Shown here: positions 52,380 to 62,101 of the stretch, one piece after another
How the letters are laid out: every line of letters begins with the position of its first letter
Position numbering within the stretch: the first letter of the stretch is position 1
Made by a program: the position numbers and the translations under genes
DNA from: Chloroflexota bacterium
Lineage (GTDB): Bacteria; Chloroflexota; Dehalococcoidia; Lucifugimonadales; JADFKI01
Reading direction: 5' to 3'
Assembly: GCA_027623195.1 (NCBI GenBank)
Contig: JAQBUT010000011.1
Coordinates: 1-64,000 of the forward strand
DNA length: 64,000 nt
The notes under the pieces: generated by a model
Told to the model about the DNA's origin: nothing
What the model saw: the letters and a program-made list of their open reading frames with translations, nothing else
Database searches by the model: none

Positions 52380-52541
52380 ATTGCCTAATTGTTCTTGATA
52401 TTTGGAAATTGGAACACGGAGGTGCAGCGCAATGGGATCTTTCTGCGCGTGCTTGTGGCCTAGGGGCGGATCTTTAACCTAGGACACACCGAATGACCAG
52501 CGTCTACTAAATACTGAAGATTTCGCTAGGCGATACGAATA

Positions 52542-53585
52542 ATGCAAACCAGTGAATTGACAAGAGAATCAGAAGCGCCCAGCAAGCGAAGGGTGTTCAG
52601 CGGCATACAGCCCTCGGGCGACGTGCAACTGGGGAACTACTTGGGTGCGATAAAAGGCTGGGTGGAGCGGCAGTCGGAAAAAACTAACTTCTTCTGCCTG
52701 GTGGACTTACACGCCATCACGGTGTACCAGGACCCGGAGCAACTGCTCCGCCAGACTCGGTCCTTGGCCGCCATTCTTTTCGCAGCCGGGTTGGACCCCG
52801 AAAGGAGCACCGTCTTTATCCAGAGCCACGTCCCGGCCCACGCCGAGGCGTGTTGGATATTGAATTGCGTTACGCCTATGGGCTGGTTGGAACGCATGAC
52901 CCAGTTCAAAGACAAGTCCGCCAACCAGGAGCGGGTGTCCGCTGGTCTGCTGGACTACCCCGTGCTGATGGCGGGAGACATACTGCTGTACGACACCCAC
53001 GAGGTGCCTGTGGGCGAGGACCAGCGTCAGCATGTTGAGCTGGCAAGAGACATCGCGGAACGCTTCAATCATTTGTATGGCGAGACTTTCGTGGTGCCTC
53101 AGGCTGTAATCGCAGAGGTTGGGGCCAGGGTCATGGGACTGAACGACCCGACCGCGAAAATGTCCAAGAGCTTTTCGCACATCCGGGGCCACGCTATTGG
53201 CATGCTTGACGATCCCAAGGAAATCGAGCGCTCCTTTAAGCGGGCCGTGACGGACTCCGGCAAAGATATTACCTTTTCAAATGATCCGGAGCGAGCGGGA
53301 GTTAACAACCTTCTCGGCATATACAAGGTCATCACAGGGCGCAATACGTCCGAGGTAGAAAACGACTTTGCGGATGCCAGGGGTTACGGCGACCTCAAGG
53401 CCCGTGTGGCAGAGGTTGTTACCGAAGAGTTGATGCCCATTCAAAAGCGATATCACGAAATAATGGACGACGTGAGTGAGCTGGACAGGCTTCTGGCCAG
53501 AGGCGCGGAGCACGCCGCTTCTGTCTCTACGCCAAAGATGGACGAGCTAAAGAGGAAAGTGGGTCTCACATTACCCCGAGGCTAG
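52542..53585 (+). CDS. trpS: Tryptophan--tRNA ligase
   Basis: SGIQPSG, GNYLGA, VPVGEDQ, KMSKS. Confidence 0.97.
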   Translation: MQTSELTRESEAPSKRRVFSGIQPSGDVQLGNYLGAIKGWVERQSEKTNFFCLVDLHAITVYQDPEQLLRQTRSLAAILFAAGLDPERSTVFIQSHVPAHAEACWILNCVTPMGWLERMTQFKDKSANQERVSAGLLDYPVLMAGDILLYDTHEVPVGEDQRQHVELARDIAERFNHLYGETFVVPQAVIAEVGARVMGLNDPTAKMSKSFSHIRGHAIGMLDDPKEIERSFKRAVTDSGKDITFSNDPERAGVNNLLGIYKVITGRNTSEVENDFADARGYGDLKARVAEVVTEELMPIQKRYHEIMDDVSELDRLLARGAEHAASVSTPKMDELKRKVGLTLPRG

Positions 53586-53631
53586 TCGTCTACCTGACCG
53601 GCCATCACGTCGAACGGTAAGGACAATTAAC

Positions 53632-55083
53632 ATGTACCAACCAACGCTAGAACAGGTGCGGAAGCTGGCGGACCAGGGAAACCTGATTCCAATTTTCCGC
53701 GAAATCAGCGCGGACCTGGAAACGCCGGTGTCCGCTTACCTCAAGGTAGCGCGGGCACCTTACTCCTTCCTGCTGGAGAGCGTGGAGGGCGGCGAGCGCA
53801 TAGCACGGTTCAGCTTCATAGGGACTGAGCCACATAAGATCATCAAAACCGGGCCCGGTCAGGAGTACGGCGCCGTGGACCCGCTCATACTAATAGAGAA
53901 AGAGCTATCCCAGTACAAGGTCGTGAGCGTGCCGGAGCTACCGCGCTTCAATGGCGGGGCCGTGGGATACCTTTCCTATGAGACCGTGGGCTATTTCGAG
54001 AAGCTGCCATCTCCGAAGAAAGTGGCCACAGACGTTCCAGAGTCCATTTTCATGTTTGCCAACACGTTCCTGGTCTTCGATCACCCGCGCCACAAAATGC
54101 TGGTGGTTAGCCACCTGGAGTTGGATGGTGATATCGACTCCTCTTATGCCGACGCGGTGAATCGCATCGAGGAAATCGTTGGAAGGCTGCAAGGACCGAT
54201 CAACCTGCCCCATACGGAAGACGCCGTCGTGACGCAGAAAGCGGCCATGGACTCCAACGTAACAAAGGACCAGCACGAGGCTATGGTGGAGCGCGTTAAG
54301 GAGTACATAGTTGCGGGCGATGTCATACAGACCGTCGTCGCCCAGCGGTTGGCAAGGCCCACCACCGCTCACCCATTCCAGATCTATCGAGCCCTCAGGG
54401 CCATCAATCCTTCGCCGTACATGTACTACCTCGAGCTGGACGGATTCCAGATAGTCGGGGCGTCGCCGGAGATGCTGGTGCAGGTGGAAAACGGCGTAGT
54501 AGCGACGCACCCAATTGCGGGTACCCGACCTCGTGGGGCCAACGCCGCTGAGGACGATGCGCTGGAGGCGGAACTGCGCAACGACGAGAAAGAACAGGCA
54601 GAGCACATCATGCTGCTAGACCTCGGGCGCAATGACATCGGGCGGGTCAGTGAGCCCGGCACAGTAGAAGTCACGCAGCTTATGGACGTGGAGCGTTACT
54701 CCCACGTCATGCACCTCGTCTCCCACGTGACGGGCAAGCTGCGCAAGGACTACACCAGCTTCGACGCGTTAAGGGCATGCTTCCCTGCCGGCACTGTATC
54801 CGGCGCGCCAAAAATACGAGCCATGGAGATTATCGCCGAGCTGGAGCCTGACAAGCGCGGACCTTACGCGGGCGCCGTGGGCTACTTCGACTTCTCGGGC
54901 AACATGGACACGGCCATTGCCATTCGCACCCTGGTGGTGAAGGACGGCGTGGCGTACGCCCAGGCCGGAGGGGGCATCGTGTACGACAGCGTGCCGGACA
55001 CTGAGTACCGCGAAACGTTACACAAGGCCTCCGCTGTATTACGGGCCATCGACCAGGCTGAGTTAGAAGGCTCGCCGGAATAG
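53632..55083 (+). CDS. trpE: Anthranilate synthase component I
   Basis: DLETP, LLES, NPSPYM, PIAGT, FPAGTVSGAPK. Confidence 0.96.
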   Translation: MYQPTLEQVRKLADQGNLIPIFREISADLETPVSAYLKVARAPYSFLLESVEGGERIARFSFIGTEPHKIIKTGPGQEYGAVDPLILIEKELSQYKVVSVPELPRFNGGAVGYLSYETVGYFEKLPSPKKVATDVPESIFMFANTFLVFDHPRHKMLVVSHLELDGDIDSSYADAVNRIEEIVGRLQGPINLPHTEDAVVTQKAAMDSNVTKDQHEAMVERVKEYIVAGDVIQTVVAQRLARPTTAHPFQIYRALRAINPSPYMYYLELDGFQIVGASPEMLVQVENGVVATHPIAGTRPRGANAAEDDALEAELRNDEKEQAEHIMLLDLGRNDIGRVSEPGTVEVTQLMDVERYSHVMHLVSHVTGKLRKDYTSFDALRACFPAGTVSGAPKIRAMEIIAELEPDKRGPYAGAVGYFDFSGNMDTAIAIRTLVVKDGVAYAQAGGGIVYDSVPDTEYRETLHKASAVLRAIDQAELEGSPE

Positions 55084-55108
55084 GCGGCGGTTTGACTGGA
55101 GAAAAATC

Positions 55109-55699
55109 ATGATACTGCTAATAGACAACTACGATAGCTTCACGTATAACCTGTACCAATACCTGTGTGAACTGGGCGCCGACGTGAAAGTGGTGCGTAA
55201 CGACGAGATAACCATCGAGGAGATCGAGGAGATGGCGCCGGAGAAAATCGTGGTCTCTCCCGGTCCCAAGACTCCCGAGAAGGCTGGCATATCGCCCGAG
55301 GTAATCAGGCGGTTCGGCGCTAAGATACCCATGCTAGGCGTGTGCCTTGGTCACCAGTGCATAGGCTACGCCTACGGCGGCACCGTTGGCGGCGCGGGGG
55401 AGATAATGCACGGCAAGATGTCCTTGATTCACCACGACGGCAAGGGCGTATATAAAGGCCTCCCCAACCCATTCAAGGCCATACGCTACCACTCACTGGC
55501 GGTCTATAAAGAGGATTTGCCAGACGACCTGGAGGTCTCCGCGTGGACGGACAACGGCATCGTCATGGGCGTAAGGCATAAGGAACACCCTGTGGAGGGA
55601 ATCCAGTTCCACCCAGAGTCGATCATGACCGAAGTGGGCCACGATCTCCTACGAAATTTTTTGGAGAGCGGCCCGCAGGCAAACGGTGAAGACAGATGA
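55109..55699 (+). CDS. trpG: Anthranilate synthase component II
   Basis: IDNYDSFTYN, SPGP, GVCLGHQ, RYHSL, QFHPES. Confidence 0.95.
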   Translation: MILLIDNYDSFTYNLYQYLCELGADVKVVRNDEITIEEIEEMAPEKIVVSPGPKTPEKAGISPEVIRRFGAKIPMLGVCLGHQCIGYAYGGTVGGAGEIMHGKMSLIHHDGKGVYKGLPNPFKAIRYHSLAVYKEDLPDDLEVSAWTDNGIVMGVRHKEHPVEGIQFHPESIMTEVGHDLLRNFLESGPQANGEDR

Positions 55700-56709
55700 T
55701 TCGAGAAGCCATAGAAGCAGCCGTGGAGGGCCGTTCCCTTACAGTCGAAGAAGCCGCGCAGGCAATGGAAGAGATAATGACCGGCGAGGCCACGCCTGCG
55801 CAGTTCGGAGCCTTCGTGACGGCGTTGCGCATTAAGGGCGAGACTGTAGACGAGATCACCGGCATGGCTCAGGTTATGCGGGAGAAGTCGTTGCACGTCA
55901 ACGTCGAGGGCGCGCTGGTGGACACCTGTGGCACAGGGGGCGACGCCTCCGGCACCTTCAACATATCGACCACGGCGGCCTTTGTGGTGGCTGGCGCTGG
56001 CGTTAAGGTTGCCAAGCACGGCAATCGGGCAATGTCCGGCGCATGTGGCAGCGCAGACGTATTGGAGAGCATTGGCGTAAAGATCGACCTCGGTCCAGAA
56101 GGCGTGGAACGCTGTCTACTCGAAACGAATTTTGGCTTCATGTTTGCTCAGACTTTCCACCCGTCTATGCGATTTGCCGCAGGTCCGCGTCGGGAGATTG
56201 GCATACGGACGGTATTCAACATCCTTGGGCCTCTTACCAATCCGGCGGGAGCCCAGTCACAGGTCATAGGCGTGGCAGACCCTGCTGTAGCCGATAAGAT
56301 GGCGCAGGTCCTCGCCAAGTTGGGCAGCACTCACGCGCTGGTGGTGCATGGCGGCGATGGCCTGGACGAGATTTCCCTTAGCGGCCCGACACAGGTTTGG
56401 GAGATGCAAGGCGGCGTTGTCACTGAGAAGTCTATAAGTCCAGCCGATGTGGGTTTGTCTTCGTCGCCAACGTCGGCTATTCAGGCAGGCGGCGTGGAAG
56501 AGAGCGCGCGGATATTGCGTGAAGTTTTGGCCGGCAAGACCGGACCAGCGAGAGACATAGTGCTGATAAATGCAGCGGCGGCTTTGCTTGCTGCAGATAA
56601 AGTGTCGTCCCTTGCAGACGGAGTTAGGGTTGCAGCCGAAGCCATCGATAGCGGCAATGCACAGGCCAGCATGGAGAGCTTCGTGAAGCTGAGTCAGAGC
56701 CTGGAATAG
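55696..56709 (+). CDS. trpD: Anthranilate phosphoribosyltransferase
   Basis: DTCGTGGD, FNIST, KHGNR, GLDE. Confidence 0.97.
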   Translation: MIREAIEAAVEGRSLTVEEAAQAMEEIMTGEATPAQFGAFVTALRIKGETVDEITGMAQVMREKSLHVNVEGALVDTCGTGGDASGTFNISTTAAFVVAGAGVKVAKHGNRAMSGACGSADVLESIGVKIDLGPEGVERCLLETNFGFMFAQTFHPSMRFAAGPRREIGIRTVFNILGPLTNPAGAQSQVIGVADPAVADKMAQVLAKLGSTHALVVHGGDGLDEISLSGPTQVWEMQGGVVTEKSISPADVGLSSSPTSAIQAGGVEESARILREVLAGKTGPARDIVLINAAAALLAADKVSSLADGVRVAAEAIDSGNAQASMESFVKLSQSLE

Positions 56710-56761
56710 TCGGGGTTTAAGGTTTCGGTACGACTTCCGAAAACCAGCTAAGAGGAATGAA

Positions 56762-57577
56762 TTGGTACAAGGCGGCACCCCGGACATTCTGAAAAAAATC
56801 GTCGGCGTAAAGCGAGTCGAGGTGGAGCGTCTCAAAATCGAGATGCCCCTGGCCGAGTTGCAACGTCGTATTGCAGCACGCCAGCCTGCCCTGGACTTTG
56901 CCGACGCGCTTCGTGGCGACCCCGCTGACCCCACGGACAAGGTAAAGATAATTGCTGAGGTCAAAAAGGCCTCGCCATCAAAAGGCCTTCTGCGGGCTGA
57001 TTTCGATGCGGTGGACCTGGCAAAGACCTACGTAGCCAACGGCGCTGCGGCTATCTCCGTCCTCACGGAAGTAGACCACTTTCAGGGCAGCATCGATTAC
57101 ATGGCTGCCGTTCAGGAGGTAGCATATCCGCATAACGTTCCTGTACTGCGCAAAGAGTTTATCTTCGATACGTACCAAGTCTACGAGGCCCGCGCCTATG
57201 GGGCCGACGCCCTGTTGCTCATCGTGGCAATGCTATCACCGGAATGTCTGGTAGAGCTTTTTGACCTAAGTGGTTCGCTGGGTATGCAGTGCCTCGTGGA
57301 AGTCCATGACGAGTCTGAGGTAGATGTGGCGCTAAAGGCAGGCGCTGACGTAGTTGGGATAAACAACCGCGACCTCAGGACCTTCATTACAGACCTGTCC
57401 GTGACCGAGCGGTTGGCAACCCGCGTTCCCTCCGATAAAATAATAATTAGCGAGAGTGGTATCAACAGTCCGAAAGACCTGGTAAGGGTTCAGGCGGCTG
57501 GAGCCAACGCGGCGCTTATAGGCGAGGCTCTGGTGACGGCATCGGACGTGGGCGCAAAGCTTAGGGAGCTTGCATGA
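56762..57577 (+). CDS. trpC: Indole-3-glycerol phosphate synthase
   Basis: IAEVKKASPSKG, SVLT, LVEVH, GINNRDL, SESGI. Confidence 0.96.
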   Translation: MVQGGTPDILKKIVGVKRVEVERLKIEMPLAELQRRIAARQPALDFADALRGDPADPTDKVKIIAEVKKASPSKGLLRADFDAVDLAKTYVANGAAAISVLTEVDHFQGSIDYMAAVQEVAYPHNVPVLRKEFIFDTYQVYEARAYGADALLLIVAMLSPECLVELFDLSGSLGMQCLVEVHDESEVDVALKAGADVVGINNRDLRTFITDLSVTERLATRVPSDKIIISESGINSPKDLVRVQAAGANAALIGEALVTASDVGAKLRELA

Positions 57578-58236
57578 CCGAATTTAAGATATGTGGCCTA
57601 AGGACGCTGGAAGATGCGTTGGCAGCAGCTGACGCCGGCGCGTCGTTTTTGGGATTTGTTTTCGTTCCGGGCGTGCGTAGGCAAATAGACGAGGAGTTGG
57701 CTTCCGAGATTATCCAGGAAGTCAAAAAGCACACGGGTTCGGACGGACCACGTATCGTAGGCTTGTTTGCAAACCAGCCTTTGCCTGACGTAAATCGCAT
57801 CGTCGGCAAATGCAATCTGGATTTCGCTCAACTCTGTGGCGACGAGCCACCTGACTACTGGGATAACGTCGAGGCCTGGGTCATCAAGATGCTGAAGGTG
57901 GCAGACGACGGCCCCAAGGAAAAGCTGGTGGCAGGCCTTCGCAAGCATATCGAGGATGCGGTGAGTCGCATGCACCTGTGCTTGCTGGATAAGTACACCG
58001 CCGGGGCCCTGGGAGGCACTGGCAAGTCCTTCGACTGGAACATCGCTGCGGAGATTGCCAGACATTACCGCATCATACTGGCAGGCGGGCTTACGCCCAA
58101 GAACGTCCGCGAGGCCATGTCGACGGCTGGACCCTGGGGCGTCGACGTATCCACGGGCGTCGAGACCGACGGGGTCAAGGACATCGAGAAGATTAAGGCG
58201 TTTGGCAACACCGTCCGCGCATTTGGCGCTGCCTAG
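57574..58236 (+). CDS. trpF: Phosphoribosylanthranilate isomerase
   Basis: KICG, GGTGKSFDW, LAGGL, GVDVSTGVE. Confidence 0.95.
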   Translation: MTEFKICGLRTLEDALAAADAGASFLGFVFVPGVRRQIDEELASEIIQEVKKHTGSDGPRIVGLFANQPLPDVNRIVGKCNLDFAQLCGDEPPDYWDNVEAWVIKMLKVADDGPKEKLVAGLRKHIEDAVSRMHLCLLDKYTAGALGGTGKSFDWNIAAEIARHYRIILAGGLTPKNVREAMSTAGPWGVDVSTGVETDGVKDIEKIKAFGNTVRAFGAA

Positions 58237-58318
58237 CCGAAATCCTTTCGGATATACGGCTCATCTGATTGCCAAAAGCAGGGTCTGCTGAGGCCCCCCG
58301 AATTGGAGACACCCTTAC

Positions 58319-58825
58319 ATGGCAAAGCCGATACGTCTGAAGACCCACCGTGTTCGAATCAATGCTCCCCGCGAACTCCTCTATCAGATGATGTCGTCCT
58401 TTGGACGTGGCCGCCTCGCAGGCGACAACAACGAGTCCTCAGAGGTTATCTCACGTGAAGGCGACACACTGGTCGTAAAGTTCCGCACCAAAGCGGGGCC
58501 CATCTCCTACGACACTGTGGAAGAAGTTACCCTGGAGCCGCCGAGTCGCATAACCTTCCGGCATATGTCCGGACCCCTTCACCACGCCTGGGAAGAGTTT
58601 GTCTTTGAAGAAATTACTGAGTTCGAGATGGAACTGGTCCACGACGGTGAATTCATCTGGAAGCGGTTCCCGTTTTTCGGATGGTTTGGCGGCATGATCT
58701 ACACCAAGCCCACCTTCGAGCGCGTGCTGACGAAACACATGGCCCAGATCAAAGAGTCCGCCGAAGCCAGGGCCGCCCGTAGCCGGGTGTTTCCACGACC
58801 CCCTGCGGACACTGGCCGCGCTTAG
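58319..58825 (+). CDS. SRPBCC/START-like family protein
   Basis: INAPRE, P.RITFRH..GP, C-terminal helix. Confidence 0.7.
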   Translation: MAKPIRLKTHRVRINAPRELLYQMMSSFGRGRLAGDNNESSEVISREGDTLVVKFRTKAGPISYDTVEEVTLEPPSRITFRHMSGPLHHAWEEFVFEEITEFEMELVHDGEFIWKRFPFFGWFGGMIYTKPTFERVLTKHMAQIKESAEARAARSRVFPRPPADTGRA

Positions 58826-59889
58826 GCCGTCCTGACCGCCTTGGTCACTGCAGTGGACGAGACCTTCGGCCCCCAACTGGGAATTACACCGCACATGGTC
58901 TTTTCTGCGCCGCCCGCGAATACTACCAGGATATCCTTAGGGCTTGCTATCAGCGGCAGCAGCGTTGTCTCATCCTCCGGTGTTATATCGCCCTTGATCT
59001 CCGCCGCACGCTTCAGGTCGGCCACGGAGCGTTTCATCTTGCCGTGAACCGTCCGCTTAACGTCGGCCTTGCTCCAGCCGTCCCACACGCTGCTCTCGCC
59101 GGATATCACCAGGGTGAGCTCACCTTGTCGTACTACGGCGCTATAGTCGTTGGTGGAGCCAACAGTGGAAAGTGACGTGCCGAGGGTGCTTGCAACGTCG
59201 GCCACAGTTGTGAGTATATTCTCGGGGTCTCCGCTGGTCCGGGCCTGTCGCGGTCCGTCACATGCGAAAACAGTTACGGTGCTCTGCTCTGCTGAGAAGC
59301 CGCGCTCCACGTGAAGCGGAGTCCAGTGCGTCTCCGTCTCGGCCTCCGCGATGCAGTAGCTGTACTTGCCGGGGTGGCCAAGCACGCTGCGATCGAACAG
59401 GCCTGGTATGGCTGCACAGGCGTTCATTAGAATGAGCCTTACTGCCCTGCCTATAGTGGCATTGGCTCTATTCCCTGGCCCGAACAGGTTGTTCCTGGAA
59501 TTGATGTTCAGCTCTCGCGTCACGGGCCCGTTGACGATGACCATGATGGCGGAGCCGCCAAGGCTGGACGATGGGCCAACCAGGTTGAACAGCGGGTCCA
59601 GCATGGCCTCGGAAGCGGCCAGCACCACCGGGAAGTACTCCGGCCTGCAGCCCGCCATGACGGCGTTGGCCGCGATCTTGCCTACCGTGATCTCCCGACG
59701 ACGTTCCGGCAGGGTGCCGACTACCTCATCGGCTGGCCTGCCTCCGATTTCGAGGAACTGCCCTACCCGCTCCTCGGTGGGAGGCACAACCGGCAGGCCA
59801 TCGGTCCAGCCCAACTCGTAAATCTGCTCAATAGCGTCGACAGGATCGTCCCATTCGATGCTGCGGGCGTCATTGGAACCGGTACTCAT
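58822..59889 (-). CDS. Conserved hypothetical protein (GWTDGLPVVPPT family)
   Basis: GWTDGLPVVPPT, AVMAGC, RANATIGRA, GHPGKY; start ATG 59889 with SD GAGAGG. Confidence 0.8.
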   Translation of the reverse strand: MSTGSNDARSIEWDDPVDAIEQIYELGWTDGLPVVPPTEERVGQFLEIGGRPADEVVGTLPERRREITVGKIAANAVMAGCRPEYFPVVLAASEAMLDPLFNLVGPSSSLGGSAIMVIVNGPVTRELNINSRNNLFGPGNRANATIGRAVRLILMNACAAIPGLFDRSVLGHPGKYSYCIAEAETETHWTPLHVERGFSAEQSTVTVFACDGPRQARTSGDPENILTTVADVASTLGTSLSTVGSTNDYSAVVRQGELTLVISGESSVWDGWSKADVKRTVHGKMKRSVADLKRAAEIKGDITPEDETTLLPLIASPKDILVVFAGGAEKTMCGVIPSWGPKVSSTAVTKAVRTA

Positions 59890-60069
59890 GGCTGAACCTC
59901 TCAATGCGACATTCTTGGGTAACCAAGCAAAGCTAGCACAAGGTCAGAGACAGGTCAACGAGAGCCGCCGGTAGCCGCCTTGACAGTGCTATGAGGCATG
60001 CCATAGGCTGTCGGGCGACCGTCCCAAAGTGGGGGTCATATAGCTGTAAATATGAGAGGAGTCCTTCCA

Positions 60070-60468
60070 ATGGCTTTTGCATTTGAGCACGTGCATCTAA
60101 AGGCGCGAGACCCTGAGAAGACCGCGAACTGGTACGTTGAGGCGTTCAACTTCACTATAGTCAACGACAGAGGCGTTCGCCCTTCAGGTGACCGCTTCAT
60201 TGAGTGCAACACGGCAGACGGGGTAATCATAAGGATATCCGGAGCCCGCACCGGTGAGGATATGGGACCTGGCAATGCCAATGTCCACTACGGTCTGGAG
60301 CACTTCGGTATCACCGTGGATGATATGGACTCGGAGCTGGAACGACTAAAAGCCCTGGGCGCTGTTGTCGATGAAGGCCCCAAAGACGGCGGTCGGCCTG
60401 GAAGCAAGGTTGCCTTCATCAAGACCCCTGACGATGTTCGCATTGAGGTTATGCAGCTAGGTAGCTAG
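60070..60468 (+). CDS. VOC/glyoxalase family protein
   Basis: EHVHL, LEHFGITVDD, FIKTPDDVRIE. Confidence 0.9.
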   Translation: MAFAFEHVHLKARDPEKTANWYVEAFNFTIVNDRGVRPSGDRFIECNTADGVIIRISGARTGEDMGPGNANVHYGLEHFGITVDDMDSELERLKALGAVVDEGPKDGGRPGSKVAFIKTPDDVRIEVMQLGS

Positions 60469-60504
60469 CTGAGGGATCGACCAAACGTTATTTTAGGAGT
60501 TTGA

Positions 60505-61035
60505 ATGATAGATCGAATATTGGGTGCGCTGCGGCTGAACCCTCACACCTTTGAGGAAGTGGAGGCCGACACCAGCGCGACGAAGCAGGCGGCTTTCGTT
60601 GTTATTATCGTCGCCATAGCTACAGGTATTGGTGGGATAGGTGGTGGCCCGCTTGGCTTCATAATGGGCATCGTCTCGGGCCTAATTTTCTGGGCGGCCT
60701 GGGCCTTCCTGACTTTCATCATCGGGACGACCATACTCAAGACACCTGAGACGCATGCGAACTGGTCGCAACTGGCTAGAACGACGGGCTTTGCCCAGGC
60801 TCCCGGCATCTTGAAGCTGTTTGGTTTCATTCCGGTGTTGGGCGGCATTATTGTCTTCATAGCCTCGGTGTGGCAATTGGTAGCCATGGTAATCGCTGTT
60901 AGACACGCATTGGATTACACGTCCACGATTAGAGCCGTGGCCGTTGTGATTATAGGTTGGATAGTCGTTATGATAATCGTCGGTTTGTTTGCGGTCACTT
61001 TTGGCGGTGCCCTAATCGCCGCCGGAGGGCCATAG
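60505..61035 (+). CDS. YIP1 family membrane protein
   Basis: FEEVEAD..AT.QA, multiple TM helices, GFAQAP. Confidence 0.8.
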   Translation: MIDRILGALRLNPHTFEEVEADTSATKQAAFVVIIVAIATGIGGIGGGPLGFIMGIVSGLIFWAAWAFLTFIIGTTILKTPETHANWSQLARTTGFAQAPGILKLFGFIPVLGGIIVFIASVWQLVAMVIAVRHALDYTSTIRAVAVVIIGWIVVMIIVGLFAVTFGGALIAAGGP

Positions 61036-61058
61036 ACGAAACATGGGAGCGAAATAAA

Positions 61059-61442
61059 TTGGCAAGACAGACTTTCTTTTCCAATCCAGACAAAAAGCCG
61101 TCAGGATTCTCCCCTGCCACCAGGGTCGGCAACCAGGTATTCATCTCGGGCCACGTCTCCGTTGACGCCGAGGGTAATGTCGTTGGCGTTGGCGACGCTG
61201 GCGCTCAGTCCGAGCAGTGCTTCAGGAATATCGAAGCTGCCCTTACGGCCGCTGGCGCCACGTGGGGCGACGTAACGAAGATAACCTGCTTCATGCTGCA
61301 CCGGGAGGACTACCCCGCCTACGCTGCGGTACGGCTGAGGTACTTCCCTGAGAACGGGCCTGCCAGTAGCACGGTGTTCATTCCCGGGCTGGTCCGGCCC
61401 GAATACCTCATCGAAATAGAGGCCACGGCGGTATTGGGGTAG
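61059..61442 (+). CDS. RidA/YjgF family protein
   Basis: FSPA, FISG, PASSTV, LIEIEATA; TTG start at 61059. Confidence 0.88.
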   Translation: MARQTFFSNPDKKPSGFSPATRVGNQVFISGHVSVDAEGNVVGVGDAGAQSEQCFRNIEAALTAAGATWGDVTKITCFMLHREDYPAYAAVRLRYFPENGPASSTVFIPGLVRPEYLIEIEATAVLG

Positions 61443-61520
61443 GCAATTGTTGTGCGCAGAGGTACAGGTCAGAACAAACTTTAACTGGGAAAATGGATTT
61501 ATCCCGGATTAGGTGGAAAC

Positions 61521-61868
61521 ATGACAGACGAAGACTGCATCTTTTGCAAGATTAACGCTGGGGACATTCCCAGCGAAAAGCTTTTTGAGGACGACGACTG
61601 CTTCGCAATTCGAGACATCGCGCCCAAGGCGCCGACGCACCTGCTGGTCATACCCAAGGAGCACTTCACCTATTTGACGGGAATGACGGCAGGGTTTCAG
61701 CCCGTCATTGGCAGTATGTATAACGCTGCGCGACAGTTGGCCATATCCGAGGGCGTTGCGGAGCCTGGCTACAGGCTGATCGTCAATCAGCGGGACGATT
61801 CGGGCCAGGAGGTGCCGCACCTGCATATGCACCTGCTGGGTGGACGCAAGCTTGGCCCCATGGGCTAG
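61521..61868 (+). CDS. Histidine triad (HIT) nucleotide-binding protein
   Basis: CIFCKI, DIAPKAPTH, HLHMHLLGG. Confidence 0.95.
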   Translation: MTDEDCIFCKINAGDIPSEKLFEDDDCFAIRDIAPKAPTHLLVIPKEHFTYLTGMTAGFQPVIGSMYNAARQLAISEGVAEPGYRLIVNQRDDSGQEVPHLHMHLLGGRKLGPMG

Positions 61869-61896
61869 GTCTAATGGCCAAGTGAATGGATGAACG

Positions 61897-61934
61897 AAAA
61901 GAGGGCTTCCCAAGATCGGGAAGCCCTCTTTTTT
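61897..61934. terminator. Bidirectional terminator
   Basis: AAAAGAGGGCTTCCC...GGGAAGCCCTCTTTTT. Confidence 0.85.
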
Positions 61935-61994
61935 GCTTGGAAGCTGGTTCGCAACGATAATACCGGGCCTTGCATAGAAAGCTATTGGACACCT

Positions 61995-62056
61995 GTGGTT
62001 CGACAGGCTCACCACGAGCGTTGGGGTAGAATCCTGGTCACTCAAAGCTTGTCGAA
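61995..62056. repeat. REP-like inverted pair (TTCGACAGGCTCA family)
   Basis: GTGGTTCGACAGGCTCACCACGAGCG ... AGCTTGTCGAA. Confidence 0.7.
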
Positions 62057-62101
62057 TGATTGGCGGCGAAAAATTCTACTTTTTGCGAAGAGGAAAGGAT
62101 G

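Noticed and set aside
61509..62045. 178-aa minus-strand ORF beginning with VVSLSNH
   Set aside because: Translation of the REP-like repeat plus the antisense of the HIT gene
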